Assembly: GCF_000315625.1 (NCBI RefSeq)
Contig: NW_005434546.1
Coordinates: 125,837 to 189,836 of the forward strand
DNA: 64,000 nt
Origin: Guillardia theta CCMP2712
Taxonomy: Eukaryota > Protista > Cryptophyta
Direction of reading: 5' to 3'
Part shown: in pieces, positions 1 to 12,762 of the stretch
Numbering within the stretch: position 1 is the stretch's first letter
Layout: each line of letters begins with the position of its first letter
Notes under the pieces: model-generated
Database searches by the model: none
Seen by the model: the letters and a program-made list of their open reading frames with translations, nothing else
What the model was told of the DNA's origin: nothing
Translations under genes and position numbers: made by a program

Positions 1-609
1 ACTAGAGCTATGAAGAAAGTTGAGCGGCAACTCAAGGAGGAGGAAGACGAAGAAGCAATCAAGAAGTTGCGCGAGGAGGAAGAGCAGTTGCGGCAAGACT
101 TAGATTACATCGTCCACTTTCCAAACGACATGAAGTATGTTTCTCTTTTCAAGACAGCCGATAAGGAGAAGGTGGAGAAAATGAGGGTAGTTGTGAGAGA
201 ACGGAGGGAACAGGCTATCAGAAAGTCGATGGAGGAACCGAAGAGTGAGGATGAAGCGGACAATGATGAAGGTATGCGACTCTTGTTGTACTGTCCATTC
301 TTGATGATACGGTGGATGCTTTGAGTTTGTTGTGGGAACTTTGAATTATGAGGGAGAGGGGATTGGTTAGGTCATTGTTGTGACGACGATGATTGCAGAA
401 GAACAAGACGATTTCTTCATGAATGTTGAAGATGACGAGAACAAAGCTTCTGATGAGAACCAAGAAGCTGGTGGGGGTGAAGATACAGAACACAAGCAAG
501 GAAAGAAGAAGGACAAGAGGTGATGTTTCTGGAGCACTCTTGTGTAAGATCCTAATGAAATCGTAGGTTACCTGATCGAAACAGGAAGAAAAAGAAGAGC
601 AAAGATTGA
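1..609 (+). CDS. EFG1: rRNA-processing protein EFG1-like (3' part, spliced; 5' end outside window)
   Basis: QLRQDLDYIVHFPNDMKYVSLF matches the Efg1 core motif (L..DL.Y...FP...KY.SLF). Acidic EEQDDFF and Lys-rich tail; two GT-AG introns; stop TGA 607-609. Confidence 0.75.
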
Positions 610-715
610 GATCCTTGCAGCGAGGAGGTCACGTCGCACATTGCATGGGAACTAGAAGAATACAAAGTCGAGATATTCATTTTTACACATACATGTTTAT
701 CAAGATTAACTTGGT

Positions 716-2026
716 TTAGCTGTTTGAGCCTTTTGTGCTTTGTTGGCCCTCCAATCTTCTTATCTTCTTCAGGAGCAGCTCCTTCTTAAAGGTGTCGCCC
801 AGTCTCTCTGCCTTTTCAAGTTCCCTGACAACACGCGTGAGTGACGCAAGGCAATAGTCGTAGAGCCTTACCGCTTCAGCTTCGAGAGCTTACTGCTAGA
901 GTGTTCGGTCGAGGGCACGGCGGACTGAATCATCTCCATCGTAGCTCCTACAAGTCAAGAACACTTGAGAGACTGTAGCAAGGCGATTCGCTAATACCTC
1001 TCAGCTTCTTGTTCTGCCCTTGCTCCTCCTCCTCCATCTCCTCAACCTGGACCACCGGCGATACGAAAGGATCGATCACTGTGCTCAACCGTCTTGGACG
1101 TTCGATGGTGCCCAGGTCCCGGTACATGCCTTCAAGGTGCTTCCTGACAATATTACGCTCAAGAATGTCCCCCACCACCCCACCCACTCCCCGCGGGCCG
1201 CAACCCCCTCTTGACGCACAGAACAAACTTCCTTGTCTCCCTTTCCCACCCGTCTCGTCGCTCTCCTCACCTAGCAGCCTTTCTATGGATTTCATCCATG
1301 ATCCGATGCCTCTCCCTGCCGTCCTCGGAGATGCCCAGGTCGAAGAGACCAGCACCCTCCATCATCATAGACATCTCGTCATCCACTCTCTCTTTTCTCC
1401 TGATCGGATGGCAAGCTTGTACTCTTCCACTCGCTTCCTTGTGTCCGACATGACCTTCTTGTCCTCCAGTTTTCCCATGCTTCCGTTGTACGTGATCTGC
1501 AAGCTGAGTGAACAAGGTAGAGGTTGTCTAGAACAAACACCAGCATCTGCCGTTTATCCTCTGCTTCCAGTTCCTGTCAAACTATCAGACCCCCTTGCTC
1601 CAGTAGCATTCCTTCCGTACCTGCAGCTCATACTGCAGAACCAACGCGACCATCTACAAGGAACGACATGAGAGGAGTGATTTCGACGTCTCTCAGAGCA
1701 ATCAATGTAAGACGCACGTTCTGTTCATCTTTGGAGGCAAGCTGTGCCGCCTCTTTGAGGAGCTTCATCCTCAGGACTCTGGCGATGACAAGAGATCACC
1801 AGGCAAGGAGGAGAGATCATGGAGTACCTGGAGACCTTCTCGCCAGCCTGCTCGTACAAGAAATCTATCACTGCCTGAATCATCTTCAGCTCCGATATAA
1901 ATCGCTGCTCCTGCTCCGTGTAGTTTCTGTCGCTCGCCTCTCCTGCCATCATCCTCGCATCCGCGTCATAATCGCTGAGGTTCACCATCGCAGAGAAGAA
2001 TTCCTGTGCAATCAGTCAGCCCAAGG

Positions 2027-2064
<38 letters not shown>

Positions 2065-3019
2065 GGCAGCAGCAGCAGCAGCAGCATTAGCAACATGTAT
2101 CATTCACAGACTTGGTCATCGAGTCTCTTGGACAGCCTCCAGTTGATTCGGAAGATTCGCTCCTGCAGCAGGTCCAACGCCTGACCACAACCATCGAAAA
2201 TTCATCCAGGGTAGACAACACCAGCGTACTCACAGTCATGTTCCTGTACTCCACGTCGGCAAGATCTGCACCATTCCGCAACAGTGCCAGGATACAGTCG
2301 AGGTCTCCCCGAAGGCAGGCGACCATCAGTGCATTCTGCTCGTCCCACTTCCTGCGAGCATGGACCGAAGCGCCCATGTTTACAAGAAAGTCGATCATAG
2401 CCGGCGACCCTTGACCTCTATCAAGCTCTATGTAGGAGTCCTCCACATCGATCAGGTGCCCAGAACCTGCAGCGAGCATGACCAGTGGGATTCCTTTGCT
2501 GTTCGGGATATGCACCGAGGCCCCTTGATCTATCGCCTGTTTCGCCGCGTCCAAATCGTTACGCTTGACAGCGACAACGAGCTTCCTATTGAGCGCCCGG
2601 AATCGTCGCTCGTTCTTAGCTTGCAGCTCAGCAATTGACATCCAGATCGCAAGCTCGTCCTCGTTTTGGATCGGGGGATGGTAGAAAAGGTTGGGGAGGT
2701 CTTCAGCAGACGCCCGGAGCTCCTCGTTATCATACCATACATTCTCGTCGAGTCTCGATCTGACCATGGACACATCCGTCCCGTCTTCCATGAACACCCT
2801 AGCAGGCTCAGAGAGCAGTCTCGTCCCCTTCCCTTCTAAAGCTTTCAGTCTTTGTTCCTTTTTCCTCTTCCCTGCGCTCCTTGCTGCGTCGTTTGCTTCC
2901 TTCCTGTAGCTCGCCCTCAATCGAGCGTTTTCTTTCGAGGAGTCACTCTGTGCATGTGAGCAAGAAGCAAGGAAGGAGAGGAGGAGGAGGAGGAGGAGGA
3001 GGAGGCGTCTATCACCCAT
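716..3019 (-). CDS. Ankyrin-repeat protein with N-terminal signal peptide (multi-exon)
   Basis: Leader [18 protein letters not shown]; ankyrin repeats (GIPLVMLAAGSGH, NALMVACLRGDLDCILALLRNGAD). Downstream ORFs 1725-1988, 1267-1515 and 948-1355 appear to be further exons ending at TAA 716-718. Confidence 0.7.
2027..2085. repeat. (CGG)n(CAG)n trinucleotide tract, intronic
   Basis: Seen directly; lies between a minus-strand GT donor and the CTGAC...CAG acceptor. Confidence 0.85.
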
Positions 3020-3049
3020 GCCCTAGAGCGCCCCCCCACTCATTTTCCA

Positions 3050-3520
3050 TGGGTCTCATTGATTGGGGACCTCATCCCCGGGCCTGGGCTACCGGCGCAG
3101 CAGCCCGGCGCAGTACCGGCCAGAGTGACCGGCGGGCCAGCTGGCGGGCCCGGGCTACTGCGGCCGGGGGGCACCGACCGCCTACCGGGTCCGCCCTCCG
3201 AGGCTCAGTCATCGGATGATCACTTTCTGTCAGTGTCACCGTGGCCGCCGCCGGAGTCACATCCGATCCGGGACCGGGATGACTCGAGTGCTCAGTGACC
3301 TTTGGCTCAGTCGTGGGGCCCAAGTTCAAGAAGCTAAGTTAAAAACTGCTTAGCCCGGGCCGGCATGGGCGCTCAGGGCGGCGGTCGCCATCCGATGATC
3401 GGCCCGCGGCCCCGCGGCCGGGGGCGGCGCACCGCCGGGTCACGGGCGTCACTGGCGCGGCCAGTGACACTGTCAACGGATGTAACGGCTGTTGACCTGG
3501 TTTGACTCGGAGGTTCGTTA
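3050..3520. promoter_or_regulatory. GC-rich palindromic island at a divergent gene junction
   Basis: Dense CCGG/GGCC/CCCGGG palindromes and CAGTG/GTCAC motifs between head-to-head genes (3019-, 4118+); TTTTTAACTTA on the minus strand at 3335-3345. Confidence 0.5.
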
Positions 3521-4117
3521 TCCTCAACTGCCCCCCCACCCCTACCCCCATCTGCAAACTACCCCTGGATCCTCATGAATACCACCCTACCCCTTTTGTG
3601 AGATCACACAATCCTTCTTCTTGTAGAGTCTCTCAGAAACCCATCAAGTATGAATATCTTATAGTTTTGTCGCTATACTCAAAAGGGGTTCCCTTGACCT
3701 TGCTCTGCCTTTTGGGTGCACCACACGTACCCTGCTCTCTGTCAGCGTACCCCCACCCCTTCACCTTCCTCCATTGCTCCTTCCTCCTTCCTGTACAACC
3801 CCCGTCTCCTCACCTTTCCTGCCTCCCTCCTCTTCACTTCTGCTCTAGTAGCTTCTATAGTGCTCTTCATACCCCCTCCCCCAGGCCCTTCTATTACGCT
3901 CTTGAACCCCTCCTCTCCTCTTCCATCATCATCCTACAGTTCTCTTTACCTCCAATCTACTTGTCATCCTACCCTTGATCCTATACTATAGAGCTCTCAA
4001 CCTTTTATTCATTCTCTTCTCTTCATATCAGCCGTAAACCATCGCAGATTCTCTCTTCCATCAACCTTTTTCAGTTCATACAACGAGTGTCGCTTCATAC
4101 AACAGACATCAGCTGCC

Positions 4118-6143
4118 ATGAGTTCGTGCACGGATCTTCACGTAGTTTCACTCCTCCTCTGTCTTCTGCGTCTTGTGTACTGTAGAATAGATTATGCAGG
4201 CACCACAAGATTACTCGGTGGCAGTGGGACTGGGGCAGGTAAAGGATTTCTGTGGGTTGCGGGTGTTTGAACCGGTTGCTTCCTCCAGGGTTGATGAACG
4301 TGACTGAGAATTGGAGACTGAGAGTCGACGGTGGCGAAATAGTCGGGAGACCAGCCGTGCTGAGCGATGGCGACGTTATTGTTGGGACACTGCAGGGCTC
4401 TGTCTATCGGATCAACCCAATCTCGAATGGTGTAACATTTCTCTACACGCTCCGACCTGTCGTCTTGCAGTTACCCTGTTACTCTATGCCTGTTCCCTTG
4501 CGATACTCCACACGAGCGTTCCATTCGTAGTGTTTGATTGCTGCAGCTTCTTGTGATGCTGTTCTTGCCTGCCGTCTGGACGATGACGACACGGATTGTT
4601 CTCATGCGCTGGTGCAGGGACCGTCATCTGGAAGGTTTATGCAGGATCCATTGTTGGCGCACCGGTTGTCGATCAGGACGACACGATCTATTTCGGGAGC
4701 GGAGATCGCAATGTAGTGCTTCTTATATGACTCTTGGCATTTCCTCTCACGACGTTCAGGTTTGGGCCCTGACGCCTGACGGCATGACGAAATGGCAGTA
4801 CCTCACCCGTGAGTTTGACCCAGCCGTTTGACAGTGATGATCTCTTGGTCTGACACGGTGTCACGTGCAGAACAACCTTTGATGACCGCTCCTCTGCTGC
4901 TTGACATGATGTATCTCTATGACGGGTCTTACTCTGATCCAGGGGTAGGTCATGCCGTGCGCTGCTATGATGTGGCTAAAGTTTGGAAGGTTGTGATAGG
5001 AGGCTTGGATGGAATCCTGTATAAACTCAACCTGGACGGGACAGAAGCATGGACGTTTCAAACCGGAGGACAGATAAGAGGGGCGGCTAGTGTAACTCAT
5101 GATGGAAAGGTGAATGCCTGCGTTTTGCGTTGTTTGAATCGCAGATGACAAAGTGAACAGATCCTGTTCGGATCCACGGACATGTACCTTTACTGCATCA
5201 GTGCAAAAGACGGGAGTTTGCAATGGAAGTACAATGCTTACCAGGAGATCACGAGCAAGCCTCTCGTTCAAGACGTCTCCATCGTGTTTGGTACGAGACA
5301 GAACAACTCAGATTCAGGACGGTAAGTTTGAGACCTGGATTTGAAAGGTTTGACCGCCATGCAGGATCATCGCCCTCAAGTTTGACGGCACATGGAGATG
5401 GGAGATCAGCATAACTTCGTCCGTGGAAGGAGAGCCAATCGAAGACCCGGAGACAGGAACAGTCTACGCTGCTTCCAACGACGGCAAGATCTTCGCGATC
5501 CAGGCGGACGGTGCCATGCAGTGGCGATACGTCACGGGAGGGTCAGGAGGAGTCTGCGGTGACTACTCGAAGATCAGCGACGAGAATGCAAGCCCAACCG
5601 TCAGCGGGAAGTGCTCCTTCTCTGAGTTGGGTGCGCATGGTGAGAGCGGAGAGCTGGCAGAAGAGGAGTCAGCATGACGTCTACAGCAGGAGCAACCTCA
5701 CCCTGCTTTGTGCATGGCATGTTGGTCACAAGCTCGGCAAACAAGTTTGTCTACGGCCTTGGACTAGATGGCTCCCTGCTGTGAGCTCTCGATCGCTAGC
5801 TCGTCCCACCTGACCTCCAGCTGCAGATGGAAGTTTGGCACGCGGAAGAGAATCAAAGCTCCGGTGCCTTTTCTTCTGCCAGCTCTGTCATGCTCAGTGC
5901 CTTTCCCCTCTATTATGCTTCTGCTCCCATCCTCTCCTCCGTCCCCCGTCGCTTCCCTGCCGCCTTCTCCCTCCCTTCTCCCCAGCTCTGCTCTGATATC
6001 CTTGACAGGTTCGGTGTCTGAGTAGCACAGACTCGTTCGGTCGCACCTCCGTCACAGTCTTGGCTGCCTCCAACGACCGTTACTTGTACTCCATAGATGT
6101 CTCGGTGAACCCCAGCAGAGACTCCAGCAACTTCCCCTGCTAG
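4118..6143 (+). CDS. Secreted PQQ-like/BamB-type beta-propeller protein (many introns)
   Basis: Signal-like MSSCTDLHVVSLLLCLLRLVYC. Repeated blades: VIVGTLQGSVYRINP, VVIGGLDGILYKLNLDGTEAWTFQTGG, VYAASNDGKIFAIQADGAMQWRYVT, VLAASNDRYLYSID. Stop TAG 6141-6143. Confidence 0.75.
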
Positions 6144-6269
6144 TCGTCGTGTTTTCTTCGTCGTGTAACAAGATAATTTGGAATACTGTTTGTTACTAAC
6201 GTACAATCCTCCTCCTCCTCTTCCTCTTTCTCCTCCTCTTCCTCCGCGCGCGCTCTCTCTCCCGCTTGA

Positions 6270-9200
6270 CTAGAAGATGTAGTCTGGGGTCACCGTCTTG
6301 TGCTCCCTCAGCATGTCAGGATGAAACTCCATCCTGGGAACCTTGACCTGCTGCCCGTCACCTCCTCGCCTCCCCCGACGCTCTTCCCTTCCCCCCCTCC
6401 GCTGCTCACCTCCACCAGGTCTGTCAGCTCAATATCCGAGTACTCTAGCCTCCTCTTGGTCGCCTTCGGCAGCACCTACCGCCTCCTCTCAGCAAACCAG
6501 CAGGACCCCAGCAGGACTGTACCACGAGCGAGATCTCAGAGCCCGGCTCTCCTCGTATCAGCTTCTCGCACATCCGCTCCGTCGTCACCTGCCGGCCGTT
6601 CAGTGACTCCCCGACATCTCCAGCTGACGCCCACCAGCTCCCCGTCTACAAAGCAGATAGTGTCCCCGGTCTCCACCTGCAGCGGCTCATCCTCGCAGCT
6701 GGAGCACAGCTGCTCACCTTCCCCCTGCACGGACTGTCGCCGGCGACTCTCGTGACGATGAGCTCTGCTCCCTGCCGCATCCACTCGATGCCGATCCCCT
6801 GGAAGAGCGTGAGGAGGAACGAAAGAGAGGGAGGGAGAGGGATGGCGAGGTAGAGGTAGAGGGAGGGGGAGAGGGAGAGGGAGAGAGAGGGAGAGGGGGA
6901 GAGGGAGAGGTAGAGGACGAGCAGAGATGGAGGAGAGACGGCAGTTAAAAGTGACAAGGTGAAAGAAGGAGAATGGAGCGATGATCGGTGAAGGGGACGA
7001 AAGAAGAGAAGGACGGGAGCTCACGGTTCCTCGGAGAGGATAATAAGGATACTTGGAGCGGAGGATCACATTCGCCTGCTCCCCGAAAAGTTTCTCCACG
7101 TCCCACCTGAGCAGGGGAGAGCGTTTGAGAGTGAGCTAGGAGGCAAGTGCGGTGCAGACAATCGTCTCCATACCCTTCTTTCCACATGCTCTCGATCAAT
7201 CCCTCGACTGACGGCAAGTCAGAGACAAACTTCACAGCTCGACCTCTCCAACGTTGCATGTGCCGGACCATAAAACGATCCTCCACGTGCTTCTTCTCTG
7301 CCCAGCAGCCGTCAGCTTCACACCCTCGGCCCTCGCTGGCTGCCTCCGACCTTCCAACCTGCCTATCACGCTCTCTGCATAGATCCTGCTCCCAAGGCTC
7401 ACTGAAGCGTTTCAACCTCCCCGTCAACTCACTTCTTTGGGACTTGTGGGAGTTGGTCGACGACTAGGTTTTCATAGTCGACGCCTGCAAGCTGAGAGCA
7501 AAAGGTCATTGAGGTGCCCAGGAAGTTCAACGGTTACGCTCAAGTTCTTGTTTTCTTTGAACCATTTGTACCACTGATGCATTGAAATTTGTCCTGCAGG
7601 GTCATGTAAGGATAGAGAAAGTTGACTGAGCTCACGGTCGAGGCGTTTGAGGTTCACCAGGAGTGAAAGTTTCATTTCCTCTGTGCTGCTTCCATTCCTC
7701 CCGCTCGCCGATGATGCCCGGACACTCGACCATGTTGTTCACGTCTCTTTCCACTTCTAGTCCGCAGCCAAACCAGTTGACCGGACAGTGAGCGAAAAGA
7801 TGCTGCAGGACTTTGGTTTGATCTGGCAGACGTTTCAACTTGATGATGGTGTAGAGGGCGAGCAAGAGGAGGCGATTAAGCTTGTCACGAGAGGAGCATG
7901 TCGAGAAAGCGATGGGGAAGGCAGTGATGAGAAGACAGGGAGGAAAATGTGAAGAAACAAGCGTGAACACGTGCGTCACCTTCAGACCCGATCGCATTCT
8001 CTGAGAAATATTTCTTCACATAAAACATCTTTGTCGCTTCCCTCAACTTGAAGCAACACACACCTCAAACGTGAGTTGTCAACGAAAAAGATTACGGCCA
8101 CTACCTGTTGAGCTTTCATGATGTCAGCAGATCTCACGAGACTGTCTTGCAGGGCAAGTCTGTGCGACTGGATTCCCTCTTGGATCTACACAGGTCTTTA
8201 GAACTGAGATTGCAAACATGGAATACCTCGAGAGCTTTGTAATGTTCTGTTTCATTGTTTCTCAACTTGCCCATGGCTTGAAGGATTTCAATCTGTTGCC
8301 ACAGCCTCGCTCATCAACCCTCCTCCTCCCTCTATCTCAAGACTCACCACACTCAGAGCCGTTCCATCCTCATGAATGACGGGGATGTTCAGATCGATAC
8401 CCACAGGTGTTTCTCGAGCGTGTAAATTCGATCCCTGCACCTCTTCCTCCCCGCCCCGCCATTGCTCATTCTCCTCCTCGTCCTCGCCGATCTTCTCTCT
8501 CCACTCCTGTCCTTTCCACAAGTTCTCTTCCTCCTCGTCTTCCATTCCTTCTTCCTTCCTGTCTTCAGCTCGAGACTGCAGCTCGGGTCCGCTCCTCTTC
8601 TCCTCAGCCACGATCAATTCCTTCATCTCCTCGTCCTCGTTCCCATTCTCCTCTGCCCCCCCTCGCACCCTCAGCCTCCCTGACACAAACGACAGGAGGA
8701 CGTCAGAGCAACTCCCTCCTCGCAGCTTCATTGCTGCTGCTCCGACAAGACCTGGATACCCTGAGCTTCTTCCCGCAGCAGGCAGTGTAAGTTACCTTCG
8801 TCCTCCAAGGCCTGTTCAAGGTCCTTGCAGCAACAATCAGCAGCAAGTCTCGACTGGGGTTGTAGTTACCTTTCTCTGCCCCATGTTGAGGGAGAATTTC
8901 TCCACCAGCTCTTCCTTCTCCATGGCTGCTAGCTGGGCAAGCGAAACCTGCCGAGTCAAGATGTCAAACCCAGTCATGATCTACCTATCCCCTCACGTTT
9001 GCTTCCAGCACGCGCTGCCCGACGTCATCGAGCAACTTGTGTTTGACAAGGAACGCCGACAAGTCCATCTCAACTTGCTTGACAGCCGCCGACTTCTTGG
9101 CAGATCTCCTGGCTGCCGCCCCCGGGGCAGCAGACACGCGGGTCGTCTTTGCCTTGCCAACTTTCGTGTTCTTATTCTTCTTGAGCTCCCACTCGAAGTT

Positions 9201-11716
9201 AAGCTCCTCCAGCAACAACTTCTTCTCTGCCGCTAGCAGCCCCTTCCTTATCTTACTCCTCTGCGTCATCACCCACGTCCCCAGGGGAGGGTTTTCCACG
9301 TGGCGTTTGGGCACGTTGGAGTGTCCGTGCTGCCTGTGGAAAGCCTGCAGCTCGAGGTAACGAGCCTCCCACTCCTTGTCCCTCTTTTGGGTTCGCTCGT
9401 CGACGCTCTCGTCGTCGTCGTCGTCAGGGAGGTTGTCAAACGATGAGAAGTCATCGCTGTGGGAGAGGAGGAGGCTCTCGTCTACCACCCCGTTCTCGAT
9501 CAGGACAGTCTGGTTGAACCTGGCAGACACCTCCTCCCTGATAAACCCCGACGGGGATTGCTTCTGCAGCTGCAGAAGCGCTTTGTCTCTTGCCTCCCAC
9601 CCGGCTCTCAGAACTTCACGGCTAGAGTTGTCAGCCGCGTCCTCGTTCAGCAGGAGCCCCTCCTCTCTTAGGATCTTCCTCCTCTCAAACATGCGCATGA
9701 ACTGGAGCTGGTAGGCGTTGTGGTACGAATTGTTCCTAGCCAGCTCGATCGACTCCATCATCATGTCGTCAAACGCCATGACGTGAAATCGTTTGAACTG
9801 CTTGAGCTCTCGGTTGATGTACCTTCGAGCAAGCGACCACAGCTCCAACGAATGATCGTTCGGCTTCGACTTGACAAACTTGCAGTAGTCAAAGAGCGTC
9901 AAGTTGGCTGCCCTGGCAGAGGCGTTGAGGTCTTCGATCCACAAGTGATCCCTCGAAGTATCACTATCACCTCCTGACTTGTCTGCGGTCGTCTTTCCCT
10001 TGTCCTTTGCCACCATTTTCTTCGCTTCCTTCTTTCCATCGGCCATCCTTGTACCATCTGGTCCTTCTCCCTCCTCCTCCGACCACTCTGAGAGCTCCTC
10101 ACTTTGTTGATCGCCCTTAAGCTCCCCAGCTCCTTCCGGCTCCTTCACGTCCGACTGCGTTCCCCACTGCCTCGCAAGATTCTCAAAATTTTCATCCTCG
10201 TTGCCAAGATCGAGGTTGAAACCATCTGCCAAGGACTTGGGAACCTGTTCCTGTTCGCTGCTCAAGGAGATTCACCGCGATTTTCACGGCGAGAACGCAC
10301 TTTACCTCTCGCGTTCCTCTCCCGCCTTTGCATTTTCAGAGGCAATGACGATGGTAGGCGGTTGCACCTGTAGTGAGCAGTCAGCGACATCCAACTTTCA
10401 ACTTCCGCATGTCCTTGCCTGATGGCTCGCTTCCATAAATAGCTGCGGAGAAAGTCAGAGATGAAAGATGGTATGATCCAAAATCACTACAACCACCATA
10501 GGAATTTAAAATCATCAAGCTTCTCATCAGAATCCTTCTTGCCATCATCATCGTCATCATCAAAGATATCACTATCGCCGCCCCCTCTCAAACTCAATAC
10601 TTCACAAAACAATACCTTCGATTGAAGTTCCAGCAGCCTTTGTTGCTCCTAAAAGGGCTTGTCAAAGGGAGGATGGCAATATGCATCAAGGAACAAACCG
10701 CCTCCTGCTGGAGTTTCTGCCTCATCTTTGCCTCTTGCTTCAATGCCCTGCAGGAACAGATTCATACTTTTCTTCTCGTCTTCATCGTTCTTCACCTAGC
10801 CTTCTCCGACTTGCTTTGCCTCACTTCCGAAAGCTTCCTCTTCTTCTCGGGATTCTCCACCTCCTCCTCACCGGCCTGACCGCTCTGGGCACTCGGCGCT
10901 TGTGCGGGGGCCGCAGCAGGAGCTGAGAACAGATCTGGTCGAGTACTTTTCATGTCTTCCAACCACTTGGCGTCGTCCATCAGAATGTCGTCAAGGTCCG
11001 AGCCTCCACGGAGGTTGTTGGGGTTCGAGTGTATCGAGAAGTAACTCTGGTTCCTCCGTAAGAGCCTGGAAGTCAGCGCATTCTTCAGCTGCGGAACCTC
11101 AGTCTCGAGGAACGATCTCTTTGCAAGCTCATGACTGAAGTCCCCTTCACTTTTCAGCGCGCTCTGGAGCTTCCTCCTTTGGAGACGTCGATCCAATGCA
11201 GCGACTTCACTCGGATCTGCCAACTTCTTCATCTCTTCCCACTCATCCGTTCCGTTGAGATGTTGGTAGGCTGTCATGAGGTCAATCCAGCCCTCGAACT
11301 TGTACCCCTTGCTCTCCGGGCAATCGAAATGATAGCCCTGGTGGAATGCGATCTGAAGGTCAAAATTTAGTATGTCGCCAGGTCGACCAGCAACGCACAA
11401 CCTCTCTCATCAGACGGCTGACATTGCTCGGTTTCGCAGTTCGCCCCATGATCTTGACCGCAGGCAACGAGTCGTCCTCCATCTGCTCACTGCCAGCGGC
11501 GGTTGTGTTCAACCTTCGGAAGAACTGCCCGTCACTTGCCACGAATATGCTGTCAGTAAGAGCTCCACAACCACCACGAACGCGCAACGTGGCATGCTGG
11601 AAGGGAACTGAAAGCTGTCGGGCGATGCTGCTGTCAGTTGTTTGCAGTTGGAGAACAGAGAAGAAAGAAATTTGAATGAATAGCTCCAGCCCTGGGGATT
11701 GCCTACCAACAACCAT
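6270..11716 (-). CDS. Large spliced multidomain protein: leader, unknown segments, helicase-associated (HA) domain, SAM domain and C-terminal PDZ-like domain, with (L/V)RGG linkers
   Basis: HA: WEARYLELQAFHRQHGHSNVPKRHVENPPLGTWVMTQRSKIRKGLLAAEKKLLLEELNFEW. SAM after splicing: LSAFLVKHKLLDDVGQRVLEANVSLAQLAAMEKEELVEKFSLNMGQRKDLEQAL. PDZ-like: GIGIEWMRQGAELIVTRVAGDSP...GDTICFVDG. A phase-1 intron joins the SAM exon in frame to ORF 8288-8731. Could instead be 2-3 genes. Confidence 0.6.
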
Positions 11717-12762
11717 GATTGCTATCGATGCATTTCATGCTTTCTTGCTATCTAGAGACTTGACTTTGTCGCCGCATTTGATGCAGATGATGTTGAGGAT
11801 CACGAGAGATGCAGGAGGGCAGATCATTCCCAGGGCCGTTTCCCTTCATTCTACTAAATCGCTTTCCTTCCTGAACAAAAAGGGCAAAGTTAGCAGGTGA
11901 GCATTGTCAACTAAACGAGAAGATTTATGTGCTCGCGATAGAGGGAGAGGGATGGATAAATGGAGTGGTGGAAGCGGAAAGACATGCAGGTAGCGGGAAA
12001 GGGGAGTTGGTGGGGGTGCATTGATACGAGGAGGCTTTCGAGGGAAGGGCAAGGGCAAGAAGGATGGGATCGCGCGAGACAAGGAGTGAGTAGGGTGACA
12101 AGAGACTGGAAGAGGAGGGCAGAAGAGAGGTGAGGACAGTGCTGAAGGGAAAGAACGATGGAGGAGAGGATGTGGATGTGGGGAGGAGGAGGAGGTGAGA
12201 GTCAAGCAAGTCTGGCTAGATTCGTTCGCTGATGAGGACGCATTGGATTGGAAATGGCATCAGAAGTATCCCTGAAGATACAATGACCAATCCGGGCCCG
12301 CTCCGGTTCTCAGTCTTTATGGATCGCCATCTGCCGCGGTCACGTTTCGACTCTTCACATATCGGGAATGCGGGGCAGCGGGGGAAGGAGAAGAGAGTTG
12401 GAGCTGTTGGTAGGGGCGGCAAGAGGTTAAGAGTGCATGAACACGAGAGCAAGAACATGAGCGAGATGGTATGAGACAGATATATGAGAGAGGAGATATG
12501 AGAGAATGGAATTGAGAGTAAGATAACGATAGCAAGAACATGAGGGTGAGAGCATGAGAGTAAGCGCAGGCAATGTGTATCGCAGATGAGGTTTCTGCAA
12601 TGTACAAGTGGTCGTACCCCATTGACGAGCGCGGATGTGCTTTAGCCCTTTTAGACAAGGGGGTTTCCCTTCATGATAGGCGCGCTTCGTGTCATCCTTG
12701 GCTCACGTTCATCACAGGCTAAAACTCGCAGTCAGGAACTACCAGGGCCAGCAGTATCCAGC

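Noticed and set aside
1009-2090. Long + strand ORFs (220 aa, 188 aa) and similar Ser/Leu-rich ORFs elsewhere (e.g. 8376-9236, 61938-62456, 62589-63107)
   Set aside because: Antisense shadows of Glu/Lys-rich genes on the opposite strand.
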